Shown one piece after another: positions 7,448-17,144 of a stretch of 53,192 nucleotides of DNA (positions are counted from its first letter, which is position 1; each line of letters opens with the position of its first letter). Source of the DNA: a virus; IMG/VR virus record IMGVR_UViG_3300045988_066337. One strand, written 5' to 3'. The translations under genes were made by a program, and so were the position numbers. The notes below the pieces were generated by a model. That model searched no databases, was not told the origin of the DNA, and saw nothing but the letters and a program-made list of their open reading frames with translations.

Positions 7448-8518
7448 TTATTCATCGTCTTCTAATAAAGCGATTACCTGAACTACATTCCCAGTCTCTA
7501 GCTTCAGAGCATTATCATTACCGTACCACATTGTGACAGTATCCTCTGGACAAGCCTGTAACTGTTCTTTCATCATCACAATATCTACAAGGCAAGTGAA
7601 TCCTTTAAAGTTCTTGCTCTCAATATAATTGATTGTTTCGGTAGACGCGTCTTTTTTAGAATGAACAGTAATACCTGTTCTACCAAATGTAAAGTAAGCT
7701 CCATTCTTGTCAAATGGCGTGATAAATAAAGATAATCTATCTAACACATCCAACATTAACTCTTTAGGAATCTTACATACAGAATCAAATGCAATATCAA
7801 GATAAGCATTTATTTGATCAATAGGGTATTCTTCAATTCCAGAAAGCTGAGGTCCTCTAATTTCTACACCGTCTCCGCAAAATACAAGATCCTGCCCGGA
7901 CTTGCCAAACTCAATTTTTTCTGAACTATTTAATGTGAGTAACTGCATCATCTGTGGGGAAATAAGCATATCTTCCTGATCTTTAAACATCACAAATCTA
8001 TTAAATGTGATAACAATAGCATCACTAGTAACCACATTATCCCCACAATAGTAGCCCGTCAATGCAGGTTGCTCATACGTTTTAGCCAATGCTGCTCTGT
8101 TAATGTTATAAGCAGACATGATAGATGTCAACTGAACTTCTCCGATACTTTCAAAAGGTGTCTCATCTACTGGAAACTCTACCACACCTTCCTCGTCCAT
8201 CATAAGCGGCAACTTATAGGTACCATTACCTTTTACAACTAAATTTTCATCTTTTACAGATAAGTCAATCTCTGTACATGTTATCTTATTTATGAGTTTA
8301 CCAAATTTATCCGCTTCTACAGTTATATTAAAATCATCTCCAGAAACCTTGTCTATTGTAATGGTCAAGTAATTTGTCATATCAGTAGTATAAAATTTAA
8401 GGCTGCCTTCTTCTAACTTTATACCAATTAACTCAGTTAAGGGTATCAATTTATTGAACCCACAACCTTTAACAGATTTAGCGACTGCATTTTTTAATCT
8501 TTCACTTCCAACCTTCAT
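7448..8518 (-). CDS. dnaN: DNA polymerase III beta sliding clamp
   Basis: 356 aa, three-domain length, beta-clamp-like N-terminus (LKNAVAKSVKG...LIGIKLE). Confidence 0.65.
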   Translation of the reverse strand: MKVGSERLKNAVAKSVKGCGFNKLIPLTELIGIKLEEGSLKFYTTDMTNYLTITIDKVSGDDFNITVEADKFGKLINKITCTEIDLSVKDENLVVKGNGTYKLPLMMDEEGVVEFPVDETPFESIGEVQLTSIMSAYNINRAALAKTYEQPALTGYYCGDNVVTSDAIVITFNRFVMFKDQEDMLISPQMMQLLTLNSSEKIEFGKSGQDLVFCGDGVEIRGPQLSGIEEYPIDQINAYLDIAFDSVCKIPKELMLDVLDRLSLFITPFDKNGAYFTFGRTGITVHSKKDASTETINYIESKNFKGFTCLVDIVMMKEQLQACPEDTVTMWYGNDNALKLETGNVVQVIALLEDDE

Positions 8519-8528
8519 ATTTTCCTCC

Positions 8529-9101
8529 TCACTTTTGACCCATTAAAGAATAAGCTTCTTTTCTCAGCTCTACATTATCCAGAAATGCACCTCTTATAGT
8601 AGCTGTCTTAGTTTTAGCCCCACGGCTCTTAATTCCTCTAGATGTCATACAACTATGCTCGCCGTCCACCACCACAAGGACATCTTCAGAACCTGTAGCT
8701 AACTGAACAATTTCTGCGATATCAGAACCTATTCTTTCCTGAAGCTGTAATCTTTTTCCAACCATATCTGCGATTCGTGCAAATTTACTTAATCCTAAAA
8801 CCTTACCATCTGGTATATATGCAATTGAAACAGACATATTGTACATAAGAGCCAAATGATGTTCACAGTAGCTAAAAATAGGTATATCTTGAACAACTAC
8901 TAAATCATCATTATCTGTATCAAAACATTTACAAAACTTATTCGCAATCTCTGCATTGCTATAGTTCATCCCCTCAAATACTTCTACATACATTCTGGCG
9001 ACTCTATCTGGCGTATCTACTAATCCCGGTCTATCGGGATCATCTCCCAAAGCTACTAAGATTTCCTTGACCGCCTTCTTTATGCGCTCTTTATCTATCA
9101 T
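8529..9101 (-). CDS. folE: GTP cyclohydrolase I
   Basis: [27 protein letters not shown] motifs. Confidence 0.85.
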   Translation of the reverse strand: MIDKERIKKAVKEILVALGDDPDRPGLVDTPDRVARMYVEVFEGMNYSNAEIANKFCKCFDTDNDDLVVVQDIPIFSYCEHHLALMYNMSVSIAYIPDGKVLGLSKFARIADMVGKRLQLQERIGSDIAEIVQLATGSEDVLVVVDGEHSCMTSRGIKSRGAKTKTATIRGAFLDNVELRKEAYSLMGQK

Positions 9102-9102
9102 G

Positions 9103-9747
9103 TCATACTCCTCTCTTATTTGGATCCCATATAATTTTATGTAATTGCAGCTGAACTTTGCAATTATTTAATCCCTTAGAAATTATAAAATCCACAATTT
9201 TTTCTGGATTCATTTTTCCAAATACAGGGCTAAAATAAATTTGAGCCTTTGGGTTAAATTTCTTTATAATGTCATAAGCTCTATCAAGATCTTCCTGTGT
9301 GCCCACAACAAATTTCAAAACATCCCCAGAATCTAAAAAGAGAAAGTTATTTATGTTCATTGAGGATTCCATCCCGCTGGAGGGGCATTTATAATCCATT
9401 GTGAGGAAGCATCCCGCATTACAAGATAAATCATTAATTTCAAGAGAACCATTTGTCTCGATGTTTATCCGATAATTTCTTTTTAAAAGTTCAGAAATCA
9501 GACCTTTAAGATCCCCCTGTAATAAAGGCTCCCCTCCTGTGATAGTCACATTTTTACAATTCAAATCTTCTACACAATCAAGTATCTCCGGAATCGTTAA
9601 AAGTTCATAATCTCCCCCCTCACATCCGTATCTAGTATCACAATATGTGCAATTTAGATTACAACCGTATAAACGAATAAATACAGCGGGGAGTCCGGCA
9701 CGTCTACCTTCACCCTCAATACTTTTAAATATCTCTACAACTTTCAT
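9103..9747 (-). CDS. queE: 7-carboxy-7-deazaguanine synthase (radical SAM)
   Basis: [10 protein letters not shown]...[18 protein letters not shown] (CxxxCxxC). Confidence 0.85.
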   Translation of the reverse strand: MKVVEIFKSIEGEGRRAGLPAVFIRLYGCNLNCTYCDTRYGCEGGDYELLTIPEILDCVEDLNCKNVTITGGEPLLQGDLKGLISELLKRNYRINIETNGSLEINDLSCNAGCFLTMDYKCPSSGMESSMNINNFLFLDSGDVLKFVVGTQEDLDRAYDIIKKFNPKAQIYFSPVFGKMNPEKIVDFIISKGLNNCKVQLQLHKIIWDPNKRGV

Positions 9748-9749
9748 AT

Positions 9750-10103
9750 CTAATCCTCCACATAGGTAGCAGTATTTCCTTCGCTTTCTTGTACTTCTAC
9801 TTTATAACACTTTCCAACTTCACAAATATCTGAAACTCTTTTACATATCCATCTTGCCATGTTCTCAGCAGTTGGGTTAAGAGGATACACAACATCATTT
9901 ATACAAGAATGATCTAGCTTGTCGTGTATTTCTTTCTTGATCTTTGTGAAATCCACAATCATTCCATATTTTGTAAGTTTAACAGATTTACAATGAACGG
10001 TAACTATCCAATTATGCCCATGTAGTTTCTCACATTCGCTGTCATAAGGGAGCTCTAAATGATGAGCCCCCGCAATTTCCATTCTTTTTGATACATAATA
10101 CAT
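9750..10103 (-). CDS. queD: 6-carboxy-5,6,7,8-tetrahydropterin synthase
   Basis: 117 aa; AHHL...HGHNW motifs; sits between queE and queC. Confidence 0.8.
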   Translation of the reverse strand: MYYVSKRMEIAGAHHLELPYDSECEKLHGHNWIVTVHCKSVKLTKYGMIVDFTKIKKEIHDKLDHSCINDVVYPLNPTAENMARWICKRVSDICEVGKCYKVEVQESEGNTATYVED

Positions 10104-10213
10104 TATACAAACCTCCTATAAATCAATAAAGCTAATAAACATGCAAATATTTTTGCACTAATCATAATCCAGTATAGAATTTTGTCGTTTCGACTTAAAA
10201 AATTATAATTCAT
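10103..10213 (-). CDS. Small hydrophobic peptide (36 aa), hypothetical
   Basis: GAGGA RBS; TAATG overlap with the queD start; translates MNYNFLSRNDKILYWIMISAKIFACLLALLIYRRFV. Confidence 0.3.
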   Translation of the reverse strand: MNYNFLSRNDKILYWIMISAKIFACLLALLIYRRFV

Positions 10214-10215
10214 GT

Positions 10216-10908
10216 CTATTCCTCATAAGAGATGGGATCCACACTTCCAGCTAATTCAAAAGCTTTTTTCCTATCTAAACAAGTGGCGCATTTACCACAA
10301 GCATATTCCCCACCTTCATAACAACTCCAAGTAAAGTCATAAGGGACCTTTAATTGTAAACCTATTTTTACAATATCAGATTTATGTAAATGTACAAAAG
10401 GACTCAATACAGTAATTCTACCATAAGTTCCAATATTTATAGCATTATTCATAGCATTCACAAACTCTGGAGAACAATCTGCATAGGCTTCACCCGCAGC
10501 ATCATCCGCATGAGCCCCATAATAAATGAGTACGTCCTCATCTGGAAATAAACTGTCTGCATAAGATGCCGCAATAGAAAGAAGCAGGCCGTTCCTAAAT
10601 GGTACATAAGTGGATACCCTTCCATTCTTTTCAATCTGTTTTGCATAAGACTCATGGGAGATTTCACCACCCCCCTTCACTAATGTACACACTGAACCTG
10701 CATATTTCATTATGTTGGAGATATCTTCTTCAATGTGTCGTACTCCGTAATACTCCGCAATCCTCCTAGCACATTCCAACTCTTTATCATGTTTCTGACC
10801 ATAATACAAAGAGGCGGTGATAACATTTTCTTCCCCATGTCGGTCAACAGCTAAAGCTACACACGTCGTAGAATCCACTCCACCAGAACTTAATACTAAC
10901 GCTTTCAT
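10216..10908 (-). CDS. queC: 7-cyano-7-deazaguanine (preQ0) synthase
   Basis: LSSGGVDSTT PP-loop; C-terminal CGKCATCLDRKKAF zinc motif. Confidence 0.85.
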   Translation of the reverse strand: MKALVLSSGGVDSTTCVALAVDRHGEENVITASLYYGQKHDKELECARRIAEYYGVRHIEEDISNIMKYAGSVCTLVKGGGEISHESYAKQIEKNGRVSTYVPFRNGLLLSIAASYADSLFPDEDVLIYYGAHADDAAGEAYADCSPEFVNAMNNAINIGTYGRITVLSPFVHLHKSDIVKIGLQLKVPYDFTWSCYEGGEYACGKCATCLDRKKAFELAGSVDPISYEE

Positions 10909-10916
10909 ATACCCTC

Positions 10917-11381
10917 CTAATAAATTACATTGTAAAATTTAACATAGCGATCATATAATTGTTTAGATCCGTTGATTGGAAGATGCTCCAATTCTAACGC
11001 CTCTGAATTAGGATTTTCAATCCAATCATAAATAAACTGATCTATAAAACCTATATTAGCCGCAGCGTATATATCTTCCGCAAAGTATACTTTCTTGATT
11101 CCAGCCCACATAATTGCGGATAAACACATCGGGCATGGATACCCTGTTGCGTATAACTCGCAACCGGATAAATCATACGTCCCTAAGAGTTTACAGGCTT
11201 TTCTGATCGCATTTATCTCCGCGTGCGCTGTAGGATCGTTATCCCTTAAGACGGTATTACTCTCAACTGATAAAACCTCTCCATCCCTGACAACTACAGC
11301 CCCGAAAGGACCTCCAAACCCCTGTTCCATTGTTACTTCCGCACGGGTCAGTGCAAGCTCCATATAATTCTCTTTGTTCAT
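10917..11381 (-). CDS. CDA-fold zinc deaminase of the guanine-deaminase (Bacillus GuaD) type
   Basis: GGPFGAVVVRDG, NDPTAHAEINAIRKACK, PCPMCLSAIMWAG and GFIDQFIY closely track my recollection of B. subtilis GuaD. Confidence 0.65.
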   Translation of the reverse strand: MNKENYMELALTRAEVTMEQGFGGPFGAVVVRDGEVLSVESNTVLRDNDPTAHAEINAIRKACKLLGTYDLSGCELYATGYPCPMCLSAIMWAGIKKVYFAEDIYAAANIGFIDQFIYDWIENPNSEALELEHLPINGSKQLYDRYVKFYNVIY

Positions 11382-11412
11382 AATTTTCCTCCTAACTTAT
11401 TTACTTTATTTT

Positions 11413-11441
11413 ATTGTAACACATAAAAAACAAATTGTCAA
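11413..11441 (-). promoter_or_regulatory. SigA-type promoter, TTGACA-17-TACAAT with TGT extended -10
   Basis: Reverse complement reads TTGACA ATTTGTTTTTTATGTGT TACAAT; abuts the dpdA stop codon. Confidence 0.6.
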
Positions 11442-12515
11442 CTAAAATAAACCTTTTCGCGTAACTGTTTTTGATGTGTTCTGAATAGATTTCGCCTTAT
11501 CCAACATATATTTAGCATTGTACAAGATGCGACAATCTCTATCTGAAGCCAGCTCCTCTAAAGTAAACCCGAAATTAGATACTGAATCTTGGATAGTCTT
11601 CTGTGCCTCTTCGGGCAATCTACTATAATGATCTTTGTTATTACGCTGTTGAGTACTTATCGAAATTGTACCATAATCAGACATAATATTACCCATAGCG
11701 CCGATCATTATCCAGCTAGTGCTGTCAGCCGAATAAATAGGATATTTCCGAAGTAACTCAAAATCTGTCATTCCAAAAGCGTGAACCTTGACATCGGGGT
11801 TGTTAGATCTGGAGATCAACCGAAAACACTTTTCTAAAAATTGATCTCTCATCCACTTAGGTTTTCCCACCATTCCTCCGAGTGCAATATATGGAATAGG
11901 TTTCCCATCAGAACTCACCCACTCTAAAGCATTTATTAGATATTCAAATGGTTCCCCGACATGAAAAGTATATAACAAACTATCCGGATTCTTTAATCTC
12001 TTTCTCATAAATAGATAATTTTCCCACGTTTTTTTAGCCGCAAATTTTACCTCTTCCATAGTAGCGCCATGAACCCTATCTCCTGGAATGAAGTCGACTT
12101 GACCACATAAATAAATATCATCTGAATGCAAATTAAGCCAATTAATATATTCTTTTACATCAATTTTAACTCCCTTTGTCCAAGCACTAAAAGCTCCAGA
12201 ATCAATAAATAACTTAGAAGGTTTTATGTAGTCTTTTAATTTTTCGACATAAGTCTTATCCAAATAAGAGAAGAGAGAATCAGCTTTCAAGTCATGTAAA
12301 ACAAATTCCTCCATACCGGCTAAGAATAAATCCAAATTAGAACCCCCCAATCTTTGCAAAGCTTGCATATATATGTGCTTATCTTTTTTCCAATAAGAAA
12401 GTGTATCTACAAATTTTCTCTGATAATCATAAGAAAGAAGACGATTAGACAAGATACCAATATCCAACTTCACAGGTTTTGCAAAAACATACTCTCCAGC
12501 TAAGTATAAATCCAT
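11442..12515 (-). CDS. dpdA: DpdA-like DNA guanine transglycosylase (TGT superfamily)
   Basis: LFIDSGAFSAW, ALGGMVG and SADSTSW motifs as I recall for phage DpdA; adjacent to the preQ0 pathway genes. Confidence 0.6.
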   Translation of the reverse strand: MDLYLAGEYVFAKPVKLDIGILSNRLLSYDYQRKFVDTLSYWKKDKHIYMQALQRLGGSNLDLFLAGMEEFVLHDLKADSLFSYLDKTYVEKLKDYIKPSKLFIDSGAFSAWTKGVKIDVKEYINWLNLHSDDIYLCGQVDFIPGDRVHGATMEEVKFAAKKTWENYLFMRKRLKNPDSLLYTFHVGEPFEYLINALEWVSSDGKPIPYIALGGMVGKPKWMRDQFLEKCFRLISRSNNPDVKVHAFGMTDFELLRKYPIYSADSTSWIMIGAMGNIMSDYGTISISTQQRNNKDHYSRLPEEAQKTIQDSVSNFGFTLEELASDRDCRILYNAKYMLDKAKSIQNTSKTVTRKGLF

Positions 12516-12575
12516 TTCAATCCTCTCTCTCTGTTAATTTGTATCCATTACAGGAACCAGCTAAGTATAAATCCA

Positions 12576-14819
12576 TTAAAAATCCAACGCCTCTCCATAC
12601 CAATTTCGGGTAACTTCACAGTCACATCTAAAAGGTAATTTAATCAATTTAGATGGGGCTTGTTTCATAAGCTCTGCTAATCGCTCTTTAGCTTCTACAA
12701 CATTTTCCTCAGGACACTCCCCAATTACTTCATCATGCACCTGTAATAACAAATGAAAATGCAAATCTTTTAACATCTCATCATTATTTATATGTATCAT
12801 GGCTAATTTAACCATGTCAGCAGCACTGCCTTGTACTCGAGCATTAACGCACTGTCTTTCTGCTTGTGCAATAAATCCTGTATTGTCTTTAATTTTAATG
12901 CCAGAATTGTAAGCTTGCTGTATTATATCATTCTTACGTTTCCACCCAAATGCCTTGTCAAGCTTCTGGGTATACTGCTTTTTCACAGACTCAGGCACAC
13001 TAGTATCTTGTTCAGTGCCAAATGCCAATGGATCAAAATTCAAATTCGTAAATTCATATCTATCTAATTGCATATCTACAAGATGTCTTCGTCTTCCCCA
13101 AGCTGTTGTAACATATCCTTTTTCTTTTGCCATAGTTTGAGACTCATCAATAAATTTAGCCAGCTGCGGAAATGCTTTCAGAACTGAATCATAAATCTTC
13201 TGAGCTTCCTTAGTGGACACACCTAGTTGCTCACCAATAGATGGAATTTGTCTACCATAAAGAATCCCTAATACAATGCTTTTAGCTTGACTTCGTCTTT
13301 CTTTGCCTGCAGGATTTACAGTGCCATCTGGTCTAAACTCTTTGCATTCATCATAGGGCTTATGAAACGCTAAAGAAGCAATTGTGGCATAAATATCTTT
13401 ACCATGTATAAATGCGTCCTGCATCTTCTTATCATTTGACAAGTGGGCAGTAACCATTGGTTCCTGTTGACTATAGTCGGCTCCTACAAGCACATATCCA
13501 TCTTGAGCTTTAAACATTTGTCTAATCTCTTTATTGTGAGACGGTATATTTTGTAAATTAGGGTCACTACTAGAAAATCTGCCTGTCTTCGCACCATATT
13601 GATTATAATTAGCGTGAACACGACCATCCTCTAGTACCACCTTAGGCATCTTGTCCACATATGTGCTTAGTAATTTATCTACATTTCTTATGTCAAGAAT
13701 AGCATTGCACAGATCTTTATGTTTACCCTCTGCAAAATGCTTTAAAATATTCTCCCCTGTTCCTCTAGGGGACTTCTTATCAGGACTTTCCAATTTCAAA
13801 ATATCATAAAACAATATGGCAAGCTGTATCGGGCTAGTTAAAGAAACAGGTGTAGATAATTTACAATTAGGATGTGACAACTTATAATTTTCTATCTGAT
13901 CGTCATACATTGAAATTACCTTTTGAGCAGTCTGTTCTCGTTCCTCTTTTATACTATGATATTTTTCGTGTAAATTTTTACATACCTCGAAGTCTAAACA
14001 AACGCCTCTGTCTTCCATATCCGCTACAACCGTGATCAATGGCATTTCTATAGTGTTGAACACTTCAAAAGTGCCACCATTTCGTCTGTTTAAAATAGAC
14101 TTTTGATATTCGTACAATTCAAATGTTTTTAGAGCATCCCCCGCAGCGTATAAATAAGCTACAGAAATTGGAACCTGATCAAATGTAAAACCTCTAAACA
14201 GTGTGTCAAATTTTAATGATTCTGTGTCTGTTGAATCACAATATTTTAGATGTAAATCTTTCAACGCGTGTGATTCATTTTCATCTATACAATATGCCGC
14301 TAACATTGTGTCCCAATAAGGTTTGAAATCAATTCCAAGTGTTTTCCGGCATACTCTTATATCATACTTAGCATTATGAAAAATCCATCTAATATCATTA
14401 TGAAATTCTTTCATAATCTTTGATACTGTCTGTTCATCCAACTGGTCTTTAGTTCTTGTACCGGTTATATATGATTTATGATTAATTGGAATATATGCCG
14501 CTTTCTGTCCTGGTGTGTAAATACATCCGCCTACTATATCAACTAATAATGGATTTAATCCTGTTGTCTCTGTGTCTAATGCCCCCTCTCCAACTTGCTT
14601 CATTTCCTTCATGTACTCATATAATTGATCGGGTTCTCTAATAAGAATATAATCATCTTTATGATGTGCTAATTTCTGACTAGCAATAGCAACTATAGAT
14701 TGTATTTGAGCGGCCAGATTATTTCCGCCGCCCCTAATACTTGTCCTTGTTGTTACTGTTTTAGATTTTTTGATTATATTCTTATCATCGCTTTTTGGTC
14801 TCGCAAATGATAAAGCCAT
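12576..14819 (-). CDS. polA: Family A DNA polymerase with a 3'-5' exonuclease domain
   Basis: Exo motif ALDTETTGL; motif A GADYSQQE; motif B RRSQAKSIVLGILYG; motif C QVHDE. Confidence 0.9.
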   Translation of the reverse strand: MALSFARPKSDDKNIIKKSKTVTTRTSIRGGGNNLAAQIQSIVAIASQKLAHHKDDYILIREPDQLYEYMKEMKQVGEGALDTETTGLNPLLVDIVGGCIYTPGQKAAYIPINHKSYITGTRTKDQLDEQTVSKIMKEFHNDIRWIFHNAKYDIRVCRKTLGIDFKPYWDTMLAAYCIDENESHALKDLHLKYCDSTDTESLKFDTLFRGFTFDQVPISVAYLYAAGDALKTFELYEYQKSILNRRNGGTFEVFNTIEMPLITVVADMEDRGVCLDFEVCKNLHEKYHSIKEEREQTAQKVISMYDDQIENYKLSHPNCKLSTPVSLTSPIQLAILFYDILKLESPDKKSPRGTGENILKHFAEGKHKDLCNAILDIRNVDKLLSTYVDKMPKVVLEDGRVHANYNQYGAKTGRFSSSDPNLQNIPSHNKEIRQMFKAQDGYVLVGADYSQQEPMVTAHLSNDKKMQDAFIHGKDIYATIASLAFHKPYDECKEFRPDGTVNPAGKERRSQAKSIVLGILYGRQIPSIGEQLGVSTKEAQKIYDSVLKAFPQLAKFIDESQTMAKEKGYVTTAWGRRRHLVDMQLDRYEFTNLNFDPLAFGTEQDTSVPESVKKQYTQKLDKAFGWKRKNDIIQQAYNSGIKIKDNTGFIAQAERQCVNARVQGSAADMVKLAMIHINNDEMLKDLHFHLLLQVHDEVIGECPEENVVEAKERLAELMKQAPSKLIKLPFRCDCEVTRNWYGEALDF

Positions 14820-14830
14820 ATAATCCTCCT

Positions 14831-15025
14831 TTATTTTTTAATCATTTCTCCGGTGCCATGTCCTAACTTATTAAGATGCATTGGAGTAATGCTTAATCTA
14901 TGACATAAAAGATTTAAAACACTACAACATTCACTGTCAAAAATATCACTACCTTTTATGTTGTAAATTTTTGCAATTTCAGTAGCAACTTTCTTTTTAG
15001 ATATAAAGCCTATATTCTTTCTCAT
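14831..15025 (-). CDS. Hypothetical protein
   Basis: 64-aa ORF in the operon, tight spacing. Confidence 0.5.
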   Translation of the reverse strand: MRKNIGFISKKKVATEIAKIYNIKGSDIFDSECCSVLNLLCHRLSITPMHLNKLGHGTGEMIKK

Positions 15026-15026
15026 A

Positions 15027-15671
15027 TTACATACCTGCCCTTCTACTACCTCTTCTGTGAGAAACGGATTCTGCAGAACGTCTTCTTACAGGCTCTTCTT
15101 CAGTTTTAGATCCTGTTTCTGGAAATTCCCCATTATCCAAATAGTACTGCATTTCATCTGGAGATTTATCTAAGATAAAAGATCCTATAAATTCTGGTCT
15201 TTCAATCTCTGACACATCCACAGGATCCACATCAGGCATAGGGAAAATCTCATACTGCGTCTTCTTATCTCCTTTTGCACCTCGTCTCTCAATTTCAAAA
15301 ACCATTTCAGACAAATTTGGATACCTATTAAACAGTGCTTCAATCTTCTTTCTAAATGTTTTGCCTCTTTCCCAAATTTTAACCTTGCCATCTGCATGAT
15401 CATACATAGAAAGAATCATGACTGGTTTAACCTGTAAACCTGCGGCACAAAATGGACAATCATCAATTGGACTATCATAATCTCTTTTGCAGTCCACATA
15501 TCTTTCATTATCACCTACTTCTACACGGTGACATGCGTATGTATCGAGCTCATTATAATTATTATACAAAAACTGAACTCTTGCTACATCTCCATCGTTC
15601 TGTAGCTTCAACCATTCCGAGCTATTCTCATTACCATATCTGTCCATGTCATTTGGATTTATTCTTCCCAT
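15027..15671 (-). CDS. Putative ssDNA-binding protein (gp32-like, Zn-containing)
   Basis: WLKLQNDGDVARVQFL...H..CPFC pattern and position in the replication module; weak call. Confidence 0.4.
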   Translation of the reverse strand: MGRINPNDMDRYGNENSSEWLKLQNDGDVARVQFLYNNYNELDTYACHRVEVGDNERYVDCKRDYDSPIDDCPFCAAGLQVKPVMILSMYDHADGKVKIWERGKTFRKKIEALFNRYPNLSEMVFEIERRGAKGDKKTQYEIFPMPDVDPVDVSEIERPEFIGSFILDKSPDEMQYYLDNGEFPETGSKTEEEPVRRRSAESVSHRRGSRRAGM

Positions 15672-16064
15672 TTATTTTTCCTCCTTAATTAAATCATTTT
15701 TAGTAATAACATACCAACCATTATGTATATCCCAATATACATAATTATAACCTCCTATAAACTTTTTCAATTCTTTATGAGTGCTTCTTATACGCCTTAG
15801 ATGAGGGGAACTTTCAGGCACCGTAAGTTTATATCCTTGAGCCTGAGTGTCTGACTTTATGATTAACATATCATCTTCGATCCCCAAAATGACATACTCA
15901 GTATCCAATTTTGTGAACCAGGACGACTGGATCATAATATTAATCTGATACTCATCATACATTTTTATGATTACAGGAATACTTGAAGAACTTCCTTCAC
16001 AAGGTACAATGTTTTTTTTTGAATCCCTGTGATAATTGAACTTATTTTTAGTGAGCCATATCAT
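15672..16064 (-). CDS. Hypothetical protein
   Basis: 130-aa ORF; TAAGGAGG RBS; first gene after the promoter at 16103-16131. Confidence 0.6.
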   Translation of the reverse strand: MIWLTKNKFNYHRDSKKNIVPCEGSSSSIPVIIKMYDEYQINIMIQSSWFTKLDTEYVILGIEDDMLIIKSDTQAQGYKLTVPESSPHLRRIRSTHKELKKFIGGYNYVYWDIHNGWYVITKNDLIKEEK

Positions 16065-16102
16065 TTTTGTTACCTCCTTAATTTTGTTTTACTTACAATG
16101 TA

Positions 16103-16131
16103 ATTATAATTTATTGTAACACATAAGTCAA
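16103..16131 (-). promoter_or_regulatory. SigA-type promoter, TTGACT-17-TATAAT with the conserved box in the spacer
   Basis: Reverse complement reads TTGACT TATGTGTTACAATAAAT TATAAT. Confidence 0.6.
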
Positions 16132-16139
16132 CCCTTTTA

Positions 16140-17144
16140 TTAAAAAATAATAGGTAATTTAAAAAAATCTTCTTGCAAATCGTTGATATCCTTATCAGGT
16201 TCTTGATACTGCACTTCTCTAATTATTTTCCCGTGTACATTCTTTCTAAATCTTTCAGCAGCCTTGCGACCCGCTTCATCTGGGTCAAAAGCCAAAATGT
16301 ACTCTCTTACAGTTAAATTATTAAGTATGTCATACTGCCTTCGATTTCCGGTGCCTATCATAGCCATAGCGGGTTGATCATATTTCCAGCAAGTTAGACA
16401 ATTTAAGAATGATTCTGTGATATAAGCGACTTTATACCTTCCAGATACAAATTCATATCCAAGATAAACTGGTTTATCAAATCTTTTCGGCAATCTGAAA
16501 AATTTGCTTTTAACACTTCTTCCTGCAATAAATCTAACTGTTCCCGACAAGTCTGCAACTGGGAATGTAATTTCTTTTCGCTCTCTATCATATCCTATAT
16601 CAAACCTTTCTATAATTTCATCTGTTAATCCTCTTTTGTACATGTATGGATGAGTATATCTGTACCTGTCTAATTCTTCCTCTGTAATTCTTCTATACTG
16701 TTTTTCACTTTCATCAAAGCTTTGTATAGGTTGCTTAGATCCCAAGATATTATGAATATTCCTATTGTTAAAATTATCTCTACCATAAAAACCCTCCAAT
16801 ACATTAGGTCTTGTTTCCACTTCTACAGAATTGTATCTTTTTAATAACCAGTTTCTTCCAAATGTGCCTCCATCCATTTTACCAAACAATTCAGATATCA
16901 ATGTTGTCAAATCACCTGACCACCCACAAGTAAAACAATGTGCAGATCCTGTACTCTTATTTATACCGAAAGATGGTTTTCTTTCTTGCCCATTCTTATG
17001 GAAAGGACAATTTGTCTGTATGTTCTCTACACCATCACGAAATACTTGAAATCTATTTAAACCTCTTAAAGATAACTCAGATTTAAGAGTATTCAAAATA
17101 TCTTGCAAATCTCCATAGATAATAGCATTTTCTAATTTAATCAT
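16140..17144 (-). CDS. dnaG: DNA primase (CHC2 zinc finger plus Toprim)
   Basis: CPFHKNGQERKPSFGINKSTGSAHCFTCG; Toprim-like ITESFLNC...AFDPDEAG. Confidence 0.8.
   Translation of the reverse strand: MIKLENAIIYGDLQDILNTLKSELSLRGLNRFQVFRDGVENIQTNCPFHKNGQERKPSFGINKSTGSAHCFTCGWSGDLTTLISELFGKMDGGTFGRNWLLKRYNSVEVETRPNVLEGFYGRDNFNNRNIHNILGSKQPIQSFDESEKQYRRITEEELDRYRYTHPYMYKRGLTDEIIERFDIGYDRERKEITFPVADLSGTVRFIAGRSVKSKFFRLPKRFDKPVYLGYEFVSGRYKVAYITESFLNCLTCWKYDQPAMAMIGTGNRRQYDILNNLTVREYILAFDPDEAGRKAAERFRKNVHGKIIREVQYQEPDKDINDLQEDFFKLPIIF

Noticed and set aside
10458-10670. Nested minus-strand ORFs inside larger genes: 10458-10670 in queC, 15185-15403, 16403-16591, 21009-21233, 25628-25903 and 41611-41823
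   Set aside because: Each is an alternative frame of a gene with a clear motif-supported reading frame. None has independent start signals.
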